DNA of 64,000 nt from NCBI GenBank assembly GCA_049517415.1, contig JBEKSC010000003.1:32001-96000 (forward strand). The letters run 5' to 3'. Within the stretch, counting starts at the first letter, position 1. The number at the start of each line of letters is the position of its first letter. Both the position numbers and the translations under genes were made by a program. The stretch is from Candidatus Bathyarchaeia archaeon (GTDB lineage Archaea; Thermoproteota; Bathyarchaeia; 40CM-2-53-6). The notes beneath the pieces are model-generated. The model was not told the origin of the DNA. It saw only the letters and a program-made list of their open reading frames with translations, and did not search any database. Of the stretch, positions 19,136 to 28,936 are shown piece by piece.

Positions 19136-20116
19136 CTAGGCTTTTCGGAGAGCTTCGGGATTGACGGGGTTTGGCGGCATTTCGCCATTCAACCCAGCGA
19201 TTAGGTTGTCCACTGCCATCAACGCCATCTTAGTTCTAGTCGATACTGAGGCACTTGCGATGTGAGGCGTAACAATCACGTTGTCCAATGTCAGTAGAGG
19301 GTGGCTCGTTGGGAGAGGTTCAGGGTCGGTGACATCGAGGGCCGCAAAAGCAATCTTGTTGTTGCGGAGTGCTTCATACAATGCCATGCTATCGACCAAC
19401 TGCCCCCTGGCCGTATTGATCAGAACACAAGTCCGCTTCATCTTTCCCAGTTGTTCTTTGGCTATGAAGTGGTAGGTTTCGGAAGTTAGGTTTGCATGAA
19501 GAGATATGAAGTCAGCTTCAGCGAGGATCCGGTCGAGTTCCGCATATTCGATTCCTTGAGTGCTCTCGATTTCATTCCTGCGTGTTAGGTCATAGTACAA
19601 AACCTTCATGTCGAAACCTTTGGCGCGCCGTGCTACTGCAATTCCAATTCTGCCTAGACCGATAATTCCGAGCGTGGCGTTATGTATATCCTGCCCGAGA
19701 AGAGTCATAGGGTCCCAGGTTTTCCATCTGCCTGTTCTGACCTGTTTGTCTCCTTCCACTATGCGTCTCGCCGCGGTGGTCATGAGGGCGATGGTGAAGT
19801 CGGCGACAGTTTCTGTGAGGACGCCTGGCGTATTGCCGATAACTATGCCGCGTTGAGTGGCGGCGGCAACATCTATGTTGTCATAGCCAACCGCATAGTT
19901 ACTGATCACTCGCAACCTCAACGCCCGACCCAACAGGTTCGCGTCGATTTTGTCAGTGAGAAGGCAAAGCAACCCCTCAATGTTTCGAGTGTTCTCAATT
20001 AAGACCTCTCTTGGAGGGGGGAGTTTCTCCATCCAAACCTTCGCGTCGCAAGATACGTTGATTCGGTCCATAGCCTCCTTAGGGAGGACTCTTGTTACGA
20101 AAATCTTAGGCTTCAT
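19136..20116 (-). CDS. gyaR: Glyoxylate reductase / D-glycerate dehydrogenase
   Basis: AVGYDNID, NTPGVLT, GLGRIG, INTARG, LDVTDPEP, TPHIAS. Confidence 0.88.
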   Translation of the reverse strand: MKPKIFVTRVLPKEAMDRINVSCDAKVWMEKLPPPREVLIENTRNIEGLLCLLTDKIDANLLGRALRLRVISNYAVGYDNIDVAAATQRGIVIGNTPGVLTETVADFTIALMTTAARRIVEGDKQVRTGRWKTWDPMTLLGQDIHNATLGIIGLGRIGIAVARRAKGFDMKVLYYDLTRRNEIESTQGIEYAELDRILAEADFISLHANLTSETYHFIAKEQLGKMKRTCVLINTARGQLVDSMALYEALRNNKIAFAALDVTDPEPLPTSHPLLTLDNVIVTPHIASASVSTRTKMALMAVDNLIAGLNGEMPPNPVNPEALRKA

Positions 20117-20262
20117 TTGACGGCTAGACCTTCGAGTATTTCCTTGGAGATGTTGGCGAATGACGTACTAGTATGCGAGTCCGTGGGGCGAGCCATAGAC
20201 CGAAGTACAAGGGGGTCCACGTTTGTAGGCCCGAGACTCATCAGTAGGTCCCATTCGTTCAT
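20113..20262 (-). pseudogene. 49-aa N-terminal remnant of an alanine-glyoxylate/serine-pyruvate aminotransferase
   Basis: MNEWDLLMSLGPTNVDPLVLRSMARPTDSHTSTSFANISKEILEGLAVK* resembles the LLxxPGPTxVxxxVLxAM...H.S..F start of this family; stop overlaps the gyaR ATG (ATGA). Confidence 0.7.
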
Positions 20263-20382
20263 TCTACGAAACTCTCGGGGGCGAGGGCGAGCATAGCGTG
20301 ATTAAGCTTTTCCGATTCTCTTTAGGGGCCGTGCTCCTAGAAGTTATCTTGGACGCTTTAGAGACTATAAGCCGGCGTTGCC

Positions 20383-20925
20383 ATGCTGCTTTGGAACCTA
20401 GTTTTGAGTGGGTATCCGGGTTCTGGAAAGACGGTGCTAGCGCGGCGGCTGATCTCCGAACACCCTAACTTCGTACGACTAAGCGTTGACGATTTGCGGA
20501 ACATGTTCTTCGGCCCAATGGAACCCTCGAATGAAGAGGAGTTCGTTTACAACGTTTTTGGCGCATTGCGCGACTTAGCGCTGAAAAATGGGCGGAGCGT
20601 GATCTTGGATTCCACAGCGCCAAAGAACAGCACGCGGGATTTTCTTCTGAACACGAGAGTTGAAGGAGTCGTAAGGCTCGTAGTTCTCATGCTTGTAGAA
20701 AAGAACGAGCTAGCAGGCAGAAATCAAGCACGCGGCATGAAGGGTGTACTTGACGCTTGGGACAAGGTTTGGGAAAACCCTTCGCTATCAATGCCTGTTA
20801 TGAAGTTCAGGAACAATTCTATTGGTGAATTCGAAACAAGCTACTATGTCCTGCAAGACCTTCTCAAGAGCAAAGTCAACCCATATAGACGCAGGTTTCT
20901 AGGGCACATCTATCCAAGAATCTAA
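20383..20925 (+). CDS. P-loop kinase (AAA_33-like)
   Basis: GYPGSGKT, LSVDDLR, VILDST. Confidence 0.8.
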   Translation: MLLWNLVLSGYPGSGKTVLARRLISEHPNFVRLSVDDLRNMFFGPMEPSNEEEFVYNVFGALRDLALKNGRSVILDSTAPKNSTRDFLLNTRVEGVVRLVVLMLVEKNELAGRNQARGMKGVLDAWDKVWENPSLSMPVMKFRNNSIGEFETSYYVLQDLLKSKVNPYRRRFLGHIYPRI

Positions 20926-21067
20926 TCGTTCGGTACACGCCTGAACTCCGAAGAGTGTTAATAGTCAAATTCCTTCTGAAGACCTAACACACCATCCGAG
21001 ACTAATACGGGCAATCCGAAAATCGATCTTAGGCTTAATACGTTCTTCAACATCGGATTACGCGGGC

Positions 21068-21206
21068 GCCGGGGTAGCCTAGCTAGGTAAGGCGACAGAG
21101 CCCCCGAATAACCGGGACGTTGAACCTCGAGATCTGCAATTAGAATGGGCCAGGATAGCTGTTGGTCCTCTGGGCCTCGTGGGTTCAAATCCCACCCCCG
21201 GCGCCA
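21068..21206 (+). tRNA. tRNA-Ser(CGA) with two introns (21099-21124 at position 30/31; 21132-21156 at 37/38), CCA encoded
   Basis: Acceptor GCCGGGG/CCCCGGC with G73 and CCA; spliced anticodon arm ACAGC-CT-CGA-GA-GCTGT; long variable arm; GTGGG-TTCAAAT-CCCAC T arm. Confidence 0.88.
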
Positions 21207-21385
21207 ACTCTCTCGGGTTGGCAAAATAGGATTCCGTTTTGGAATATGTTCCTATGATGAGTATTGTGGAAGATACGACTTCCCTAATCCGGTATTTTGT
21301 ATTTAGAACTTTACGGATTATGAAAAGGTCCGAACTTACGAAAGACATATACGTGCACCTTCCATACTTTTTTGCGTGATTTCAG

Positions 21386-22657
21386 GTGGCAAGCAGTAAA
21401 TCTCAGAGTTCAACAAGGGTTGTCGTCTTTCTCATAATCGGCCTTATTGTCGGAGCTGCACTCGGATATTCGGGAGCGGCGTTTTCGCAGAAACCTTCAG
21501 TACCGACTAAGACAATGACCTATACGATAGGCATCGTGACAGACCTGTCTGGTGGTGGAGAGTCCTTTGGGAAGGAGACGCTTACTGCTGCTCAGATAGC
21601 ATTGGGAGAGATAAATTCGAACTTGGCTCAATCTGGAAGTAATGTAAGGTTCGCGTTGTCGTCTCCACAAGACAGCTTGACAACGACAGACGGGGCAGTT
21701 AGCGCAGTTCAGACGCTAGCTAGCGCGGGGGATACGATAATACTCTGCCATTGCTGGAGCGGTCAGCTATCGGCGATTGAAAGCTACGCGAACTCAAACG
21801 ACATTGTAGTCGTTAGTGTGTCTTCGACATCGAACCTACTGGCTGTGCCAAAGGGATATCTCTTCAGACTGATCGCGCCAGATTCTTTTCAAGGAAAGGC
21901 TCTTTCAACACTGCTCTGGCACGATGGAGTACGAAAGGTAGCAGTGATATACAGAGATGATCCTTACGGTCAAGGAATTTCAGCGGTTCTTAAGACAGAT
22001 TTCACAGGCCTCGGGGGTACCGTTTCGCTTGAAGCATACGAACCGAGCCTCGCTGATTACGCTTCCGAAGTTGTAACGCTCTCCACGAATGTTAAGAGCC
22101 TAGGGGTGGGTCCTCAGACTGCTGTATTGTTCGTCGGCTTTGCCGCCGAGGCCGTAAACATATTCACGCATGCAAGTGTGGACAGCACGCTCACGCAAGT
22201 GCGATGGTTCTCAAGCGAGGGCCCGAAAGGACCAGATATCCTACCACCAAAAGTGCCAGATGCTATAGGCTCATTTGAGGTGCAAACTAGTCTGACGGGC
22301 ACGTTCCCGCAGAGCATAACACCTAATTCCATTGAAGACAGCTTTCTAACGGCGTTTCAATCTGCTAGTGGAAGTGCTCCCATGGCGTACGGAGAACAGG
22401 CCTATGATGGGATATACCTCCTGGCAAACACGATACTCAACGTTGGAAGTTACAATTCCACGGCAGTCAAGAACATGCTCCCCATCATTGCGCAGCATAT
22501 GTTCGGTGCCTCTGGACCAATGCAATTGGACTCGAACGGCGACAGAGCAACTCAGGACTATGTAGTTTGGACCGTAGCGCGCAGTCAGACAGCTTACAAC
22601 TTCGTCAACATAGGCGGCTGGTCTGGTTCAACTGGTGTACTTACAATGGGTTCATAA
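21386..22657 (+). CDS. Branched-chain amino acid ABC substrate-binding protein
   Basis: TM anchor, IGIVTDLSG, FRLIAPDSFQG, DDPYGQG, AYDG, GASG...NGDR. Confidence 0.85.
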   Translation: MASSKSQSSTRVVVFLIIGLIVGAALGYSGAAFSQKPSVPTKTMTYTIGIVTDLSGGGESFGKETLTAAQIALGEINSNLAQSGSNVRFALSSPQDSLTTTDGAVSAVQTLASAGDTIILCHCWSGQLSAIESYANSNDIVVVSVSSTSNLLAVPKGYLFRLIAPDSFQGKALSTLLWHDGVRKVAVIYRDDPYGQGISAVLKTDFTGLGGTVSLEAYEPSLADYASEVVTLSTNVKSLGVGPQTAVLFVGFAAEAVNIFTHASVDSTLTQVRWFSSEGPKGPDILPPKVPDAIGSFEVQTSLTGTFPQSITPNSIEDSFLTAFQSASGSAPMAYGEQAYDGIYLLANTILNVGSYNSTAVKNMLPIIAQHMFGASGPMQLDSNGDRATQDYVVWTVARSQTAYNFVNIGGWSGSTGVLTMGS

Positions 22658-22684
22658 GCGGCAACCCTCTCGTTTTTCTTCGCC

Positions 22685-23593
22685 ATGATCCCGCTCGCAG
22701 ACCTACTTTCAACAGTCATCAACAGCTTCCTAGTGGGTAGCCTCTACGCATTGCTCGGTTTAGGTCTGACACTGAGCATCAACGCAACGAAAATGTACAA
22801 CTGGGCTTACGCGGAATTGGTAACCATCGGTGCCTACGCGGCCGCTGTTCTGACTACCTACCAACACTTGAACATAATCTCCAGCCTCATCGTAGCCATA
22901 GTGCTCTCAGCATGCGCCGCACTCGCTATGGACGAAATTGTCTTCAAACCACTCGTCAAAAGACGTTCAGGTACCATTCAACTGATGCTTGGATCCATTG
23001 CAGCAGGAATATTCATCCGCTACGGAATTTTCATTTACGCCGCCTCGGCGTTTCTACTAACGCTCAAAGCAAACGTGGTTGTTCTGACTATTGCCACCAT
23101 TGCAGGAGCTCAACTAACGTCGCTCCTTCTGTGGATACTGCCAACTACTCTTGGAGTAGTGATTTTGTTGCGGTTGTTATTGTCGAAAACGATATTTGGA
23201 AAACAAATCCGAGCCATGTCGGACAACCCCGCCTTAGCGCGTTCAAGCGCGATTGATGTGGTTATGATGAGAAGGTATGTTTGGCTGATTGTCGGCGGAA
23301 TCGCAGGTTTGGTAGGGTCCTTTTGGGCGATGTATTCATTCATCACTCCCGAAATTGGATGGATACTTCTCCTGGCGGCCTTCGCTGCAGCAATAGTGGG
23401 GGGGCTCACATATTTCGGCACTGTATTAGCCGGCTATCTGCTCGGCTTCGCAGAGAACCTAGGAGCCTATCTATTGAATCAGGCGTTCGGCGTTCCCACC
23501 GAATACAAACTACTCATTACATTCTCAATAATGATTTTTGTTCTCATCGTTCGGCCATCTGGAATCAGTTCAGGCATGTTCAGGGAAGTCTAG
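22685..23593 (+). CDS. livH: Branched-chain amino acid ABC permease
   Basis: YALLGLGLTL, FGKQIRAMSDNPALA, RPSGI. Confidence 0.85.
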   Translation: MIPLADLLSTVINSFLVGSLYALLGLGLTLSINATKMYNWAYAELVTIGAYAAAVLTTYQHLNIISSLIVAIVLSACAALAMDEIVFKPLVKRRSGTIQLMLGSIAAGIFIRYGIFIYAASAFLLTLKANVVVLTIATIAGAQLTSLLLWILPTTLGVVILLRLLLSKTIFGKQIRAMSDNPALARSSAIDVVMMRRYVWLIVGGIAGLVGSFWAMYSFITPEIGWILLLAAFAAAIVGGLTYFGTVLAGYLLGFAENLGAYLLNQAFGVPTEYKLLITFSIMIFVLIVRPSGISSGMFREV

Positions 23594-23638
23594 GAGGAGA
23601 GGTCGTTCGCACTAGACATACTCAATTTTGTTGGCACA

Positions 23639-24625
23639 ATGTCGATCTTCTATGGGGTCTATTTGATCTTGGCCCTGAGCCTAAATCTAGAGTATGGCTT
23701 CGCTGGACAACCTGACTTCGGCAAGGTGTTTTTCTTTTCTATAGGGGCATACACAAGTGGTGCCCTAGTTGTCACTTTCCTTTCGTACCTCGGAGAACTT
23801 CCCGGAAGCATATTTTCGCCAGCGGGGGTCGGCCTCAGAAACGATTATGCTTTCTCAAATCCTTCGGCGGCGATTACGGTCTTCATTGTGTCGATAGTAG
23901 TTTCCATGCTTGTGGGAGGCATTTTCGGATACTTAGCCTCTTATCCCGCACTTAGATTGCGTGCCGATTACCTAGCAATTACCCTGCTATTGACCGGCGA
24001 GATTAGTAGGAACTTTGTTTCATCTTATCCCAGCATAGCGGGAGGCGCGAACGGGCTGGGGGGAATTCCCAATCCGTTCATATGGTTGGGGAATGGACAT
24101 TCAATAACGCTTGCCTATGCTGCATTGGTTCTGAGCTTCGCCGTTTTGCTGTTCGGGGTCACGGACAGAACCGTCAACTCTCCTTTTGGCCGTTTGCTCA
24201 AGGCCATCAGAGACGATGAGTTGGTTGCCAAGTCTTTTGGCAAGGTGGTCCCGACGCGAAAGGCCCAGGTGCTAATTGTCGCGTCAGCTATGTCCGCATT
24301 AGCTGGCGCTCTCTACACATTTTTCATCGGCTACGAAAACGCAGCCAGTTTTACAACTGTATGGACGATAAATGCGTGGATTATGGTAATTCTCGGCGGC
24401 ATGGCGAATAATAGAGGTGCGCTTCTGGGAGCGTTTCTACTCACGGCTATGGATTCAACATCGAGTCTAGTGGTTGCGTTAGTCGGCGTTTACCCCGGTT
24501 TCGAGATAAGCTATCTTCGGAACATGGTTGTGGCTGCATTGGTTATACTTGTCATGGTGTTTCGCCCGAAGGGACTGTTTCCCGAAAAGCCCCTAAGGAT
24601 TCCGTTCAGGACGAGTTCGGAATAG
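23639..24625 (+). CDS. livM: Branched-chain amino acid ABC permease
   Basis: ALSLNLEYGFAG, LRLRADYLAITL, SPFGRLLKAIRDDE, RPKGL. Confidence 0.85.
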   Translation: MSIFYGVYLILALSLNLEYGFAGQPDFGKVFFFSIGAYTSGALVVTFLSYLGELPGSIFSPAGVGLRNDYAFSNPSAAITVFIVSIVVSMLVGGIFGYLASYPALRLRADYLAITLLLTGEISRNFVSSYPSIAGGANGLGGIPNPFIWLGNGHSITLAYAALVLSFAVLLFGVTDRTVNSPFGRLLKAIRDDELVAKSFGKVVPTRKAQVLIVASAMSALAGALYTFFIGYENAASFTTVWTINAWIMVILGGMANNRGALLGAFLLTAMDSTSSLVVALVGVYPGFEISYLRNMVVAALVILVMVFRPKGLFPEKPLRIPFRTSSE

Positions 24626-24627
24626 AA

Positions 24628-25359
24628 ATGCTCGGTAAACAGATTCTTGAGACTCAACGAGTGAGTTGCGGCTACGGCAAGATGCGGGTAGTCAATGAAG
24701 TATCGCTGAAGCTGCACGAGGGAGAGATAACGCTCGTAATGGGGCCGAATGGAAGCGGAAAGAGCACGCTCGTAAAATCTGTCGTCGGATTAGTGGATAT
24801 CTTCGACGGTCACATCATGTTTGACGGAACGGATATAACACGAAGTCGGACCGAAAAAGTGATTCGCATGGGAATCTCATACGTACCTCAAGTCAGCAAC
24901 ATCTTTGTGAGCCTTTCTGTTCACGAAAACTTAGAGATAGGATCAATTCTCCTCCAACCTAGTTTGCGGGAGGAGGCGATAAACAAGGTCTATGAACTTT
25001 TCCCAGAACTTCATCCCAAGGGAAAGGAACTCGCGAACACGCTCAGCGGCGGAGAAAGACAAATTTTGGCCATTGCAAAGGGACTGATAGGCAAACCGCG
25101 GATTCTGATCCTAGACGAACCTACAGCTGGATTGGCCCCTAAAATCGCCAAGAATGTGATATCGAGAATAAGTGAAATTCGCGACAAGGGAGTAAGCGTA
25201 CTACTCGTTGAGCAAAATGCGAGGGCTGCTCTAGAAATAGCAGACACGGGCCATGTCTTAGTTGCGGGAAGCAAAATTGCTGAAGGCACCAAAGATCAGA
25301 TTGCAAGAAACGAAGAAGTCGTTCGCCTCTTTTTAGGCGGCAAACGCGAGAATTCTTAG
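24628..25359 (+). CDS. livF: Branched-chain amino acid ABC ATPase
   Basis: GPNGSGKST, LSGGERQ, DEPTAGLAP, LVEQNA. Confidence 0.88.
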   Translation: MLGKQILETQRVSCGYGKMRVVNEVSLKLHEGEITLVMGPNGSGKSTLVKSVVGLVDIFDGHIMFDGTDITRSRTEKVIRMGISYVPQVSNIFVSLSVHENLEIGSILLQPSLREEAINKVYELFPELHPKGKELANTLSGGERQILAIAKGLIGKPRILILDEPTAGLAPKIAKNVISRISEIRDKGVSVLLVEQNARAALEIADTGHVLVAGSKIAEGTKDQIARNEEVVRLFLGGKRENS

Positions 25360-25433
25360 ACGGAAGCCCACAATGACCTGTTAGCAGATCCTGCGATTCA
25401 TTTCACTTATAACAATAATTCCGCAACAACAGT

Positions 25434-26186
25434 TCAGTATCCAAAATATGCTTCCACAACTTTGGGGTCTTTTGAGACTTCGGAGGGAGATCCGGAATAG
25501 ATTATTTTGCCTTTATCCATCACGAAGGCATGCTGAACATAATTAAAGAGTATCTCAAGCTTGTGTTCAATGATTAGGATTGTTAGGTTGTAACGCTTTC
25601 TGAGACTTGCAATATTTTCGAAGATCTCCGTGGCGAGGTTAGGGGTCACCCCTGCTGTCGGCTCATCTAACAGGAGCATGGAGGGTTCACCCATCATGGC
25701 TCGTCCTATTTCGACCAGCTTGCTTTGTCCCCCAGAAAGGTCCGTGGCGATCGCGCCGAAGAGATGATTCATCTGAAGAAACGTGAGCAGGTCAAGAGAT
25801 TTTTTTGTTAGCTGGGTCTCCTGGTCGATCCAAGAGGTCGGGAAGGGGGCCCTCAAAATTCTTTCACCAATCTGACTTCGCGGGGGGACAAGAGTATTTT
25901 CACGCACTGTCATCCCGTAGAATAGGTGGGGGATCTGATAGCTTCTGACTATCCCTCGGGCAAAGGCCTCATACGGTTCCAATCCGTCTATCCTTTCTTG
26001 CTTGAAGTAGATCTTGCCGGAAGTGGGTTTGATAGCGCCTGAAATGAGGTTGAAGAGTGTGGTCTTACCACTACCGTTGGGACCAATTATTCCAATGAGC
26101 GCTCCTTCATCAACCTCAATCGAAACATGATCGACTGCGTTGAGCCCTCCGAAGGTCTTAACCAAATCCTGCGTGCGAAGGAGCAT
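25434..26186 (-). CDS. livG: Branched-chain amino acid ABC ATPase
   Basis: FGGLNAV, GPNGSGKTT, LDEPTAG, IEH, C-terminal V.EAYFG. Confidence 0.88.
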   Translation of the reverse strand: MLLRTQDLVKTFGGLNAVDHVSIEVDEGALIGIIGPNGSGKTTLFNLISGAIKPTSGKIYFKQERIDGLEPYEAFARGIVRSYQIPHLFYGMTVRENTLVPPRSQIGERILRAPFPTSWIDQETQLTKKSLDLLTFLQMNHLFGAIATDLSGGQSKLVEIGRAMMGEPSMLLLDEPTAGVTPNLATEIFENIASLRKRYNLTILIIEHKLEILFNYVQHAFVMDKGKIIYSGSPSEVSKDPKVVEAYFGY

Positions 26187-26401
26187 GAAGATCAGGACCG
26201 TCAGGTATTCTGTTTGACATAAGCCTTTACGAAGGAGCAAGTTCGTCGGCATGCCCACGGTAGGCACTGAAAATCCACGTTACGGGATCGCAACTACGAC
26301 TAACTGGTTTACAACGAAAACGCATATGCGCCAAGGTATTCCAAGCAAATGTGGTAAGTAACACTTTTCTCTGACGAACTCAGACCTTGTCCAAGATGTA
26401 A

Positions 26402-27814
26402 TTGCACGTTCCCTCGCGTGATCTACTCAGAGACGGCCTCTCAATTCAAAATGGTGGTCTGTTCTTTGATAACGTAGAGCTGTCCAATATTGCTCGTAAG
26501 CATGGGACACCCGTTTTTGTGTTTTCGAGGCGCCGCCTCACCAAAAATGTCGACCAGGTGCGCAAAGCCTTTGGTCATCATTTGAAGAATACGGAACTGT
26601 ACTACGCCGCAAAGGCGAACTCGAACCTAGATGTACTCCGCACCCTTCGGAGAGCAGGTGTCAAACCGGAAATATCATCGGAAGGAGAGATGTTTCTTAT
26701 TGCAGTCGCTGGATTCAAGCCTACGGACGTTATCTTTAACGGTCCAGCGAAAACGAGACGTGAACTCGAACTCGCCGTGCGACTGGGAATAAGAAGCATT
26801 AACCTTGATTCGATAGACGAATTGGAACGTCTGGTGGGAGTGTGCCGATCATTAAGAAAGAGAGCGAATATCTCGTTCCGCGTCCTTCCTTATGTTCATG
26901 CAGGGGCTTCGATAATTCAAACAGGCATTCATGAGAGCAAGTTTGGGATTAATTACGAAGAAATAGTGCGAGCTTACCGAAGGGCGTTAGAGTATCAAGA
27001 TTTTGTGAAGCCAGTCGGTATTCACGGACACATCGGTTCACAGAACACAGATGTGCAGAGTTGGCAAGAGTTTGCTTTGAAGCTTGGCCAAAAGTTTGTG
27101 GAAGTCGAACGCGAGCTTAGTCTTAAGCTAGAACACATTGACCTTGGGGGAGGCCTACCCGTGCGATACGCACGCAACGAAACACAGCAACCAATGGCAG
27201 AGTATCTTGCGTCTAAGACATCTGACGAAGAGATCGCTAGTTCCATAGCGAAGGGTCTAGAGGCGTCGCGCTGTAGGCCCATCACCGTGATAATGGAACC
27301 TGGCAGACGTTTGGTCGCAAACAGTGCTGTCTTATTATCGCGAGTAGTTGGCACTAAGCAGAGAGTCTCTGAAAAATGGCTCTACCTCGATATGGGTTTC
27401 AACGTCACACCTAGCAGCAGAGTTCTGCGCTGGTACTATGAGACATCGGCGGCTGAAAAAATGAGCAAGTCACATTACGTACCTTACCGGTTGGCCGGCC
27501 CACTTTGCGATTCGGCGGATGTGTACCATGATTGGGAAGGTGAACTGTTGGGGACCCCACAACTTCCGAAGAGCCATCTGTTTCCCGACAATATGGCCAA
27601 CGGTGACCTGGTTGCAATGCTGGATGTAGGTGCTTACAATATTGATTTGATGAACCATTTCAACGGTCGCCTCCTGCCTGGCGCGGTAATGATCGATGCG
27701 GGAGGTCGTATCAAGCTCATTCGAAAGCCCGAAAATTATTCCGATCTGATAGCTATGGAACCCCACTCTAAGGTCAAGGTGGAACAAGTTCTCCGAAGAA
27801 TGAAAGGCCGATGA
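26402..27814 (+). CDS. Fold-type III PLP decarboxylase (diaminopimelate decarboxylase-like)
   Basis: YAAKAN, SKFG, HIGSQ, DLGGG, EPGR, GPLCDSAD, GAY. Confidence 0.85.
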   Translation: MHVPSRDLLRDGLSIQNGGLFFDNVELSNIARKHGTPVFVFSRRRLTKNVDQVRKAFGHHLKNTELYYAAKANSNLDVLRTLRRAGVKPEISSEGEMFLIAVAGFKPTDVIFNGPAKTRRELELAVRLGIRSINLDSIDELERLVGVCRSLRKRANISFRVLPYVHAGASIIQTGIHESKFGINYEEIVRAYRRALEYQDFVKPVGIHGHIGSQNTDVQSWQEFALKLGQKFVEVERELSLKLEHIDLGGGLPVRYARNETQQPMAEYLASKTSDEEIASSIAKGLEASRCRPITVIMEPGRRLVANSAVLLSRVVGTKQRVSEKWLYLDMGFNVTPSSRVLRWYYETSAAEKMSKSHYVPYRLAGPLCDSADVYHDWEGELLGTPQLPKSHLFPDNMANGDLVAMLDVGAYNIDLMNHFNGRLLPGAVMIDAGGRIKLIRKPENYSDLIAMEPHSKVKVEQVLRRMKGR

Positions 27815-27820
27815 ATTGGT

Positions 27821-28567
27821 TTGTCGAAGCGAATTCTTCTTTTGAATCCCATAATCTCTAACGTGTTTGACAATTTCGATGAGCAATACCTTCGGGCGAG
27901 AGCCTCGCAGGGCTTTGATGTCACTGTGGAGAGCTTGAAGTACGGAACAGAGTCGATTGAGAGTTACTACGACGACGCCCTTGTCTCGCCATTCGTCATA
28001 GAGCGCGTATTGGATGCTGAACGACGTGGTTTCGCCGCGGTCATCGTAAGTTGCTTCATGGATCCGGGAGTACACGCTGCGAGGGAAGTTGCCCATATCC
28101 CTGTAATCGGCCCAGGGGAAGCTTCAATGTTAACGGCCTTAATGTTGGGAGATAGCTTCAGCATACTCGACGTAGGAGAGCAACGGTTCAAGCGATACAG
28201 CGCTCCCAGAAATGTCCGCGAACTGGGACTAGACGTCCGCTTCAGGTCGACTTGGGGCACCGGTGTGGCTGTTACGGATATTCCTTCTAACGACGATGCA
28301 GTGGCCAACAAACTCATCCAAATCGCAAAACAACTTCGCGATGAGGATGAACCTGACGTAATCATAATGGGTTGTACCGGACTTTCAGTGATTGCCGAGC
28401 GCATGAGTCAGGCACTCGATATTCCCGTGATTGATGCTTCAATCGCTGCACTACGGTGGGCTGAGATGCTGCTGTCAAGTGGGTGGCTTCACAGCCCAAA
28501 ATCCTACCCGAAACCTCCGAAGAAAGAACGGCGACTACCCGGCGACTACTGTCTATTCCAAAGGTAG
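27821..28567 (+). CDS. Asp/Glu/hydantoin racemase family protein
   Basis: Two catalytic Cys motifs SCFMDPG and MGCTG, IPVID. Confidence 0.85.
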   Translation: MSKRILLLNPIISNVFDNFDEQYLRARASQGFDVTVESLKYGTESIESYYDDALVSPFVIERVLDAERRGFAAVIVSCFMDPGVHAAREVAHIPVIGPGEASMLTALMLGDSFSILDVGEQRFKRYSAPRNVRELGLDVRFRSTWGTGVAVTDIPSNDDAVANKLIQIAKQLRDEDEPDVIIMGCTGLSVIAERMSQALDIPVIDASIAALRWAEMLLSSGWLHSPKSYPKPPKKERRLPGDYCLFQR

Positions 28568-28799
28568 ATGGCCTACCTCCATCGGATTTAGCGCACGAGC
28601 GTCTCCACAGGAGTGTAATCGTATTCCAAACCGAAATGCCGAAGAGACTCTCCTCTATAGGGAACCGACACACTTCAGCTTAGCCAGAAGTTTTGTCTTC
28701 GCAGGTCTGTATAAAGTAGCGTCGATGTCAAGACTGGTAGAGCCTTTCTTCTAACGCTGAGAAAATACCCAAGTTCGCGGGGTTACTTCGATTCACACC

Positions 28800-28828
28800 C
28801 GCGGGTTCAACTCCCATCCCTGGCGCCA
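28800..28828 (+). repeat. Degenerate direct repeat of the tRNA-Ser 3' end (attR-like)
   Basis: cgcgggttcaactcccatccctggcgcca vs cgtgggttcaaatcccacccccggcgcca (21178-21206), 25/29 identical, no 5' tRNA half upstream. Confidence 0.7.
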
Positions 28829-28936
28829 GAACAGTTACTAGTTGAATAGAAGAGCTAGTGAGGTACAGAGGTGAGTTGATTCGCAGGTTTCTCCATAGCA
28901 AGAAACAATGCAGGCCCATCGTGCGCTAGACTGATT

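Noticed and set aside
20958..21348. Minus-strand ORFs of 88 and 89 aa
   Set aside because: Antisense to the tRNA-Ser gene, with typical tRNA-shadow translations
28680..28828. Second complete tRNA gene
   Set aside because: No matching 5' acceptor strand or D arm upstream; only a mutated 3' fragment
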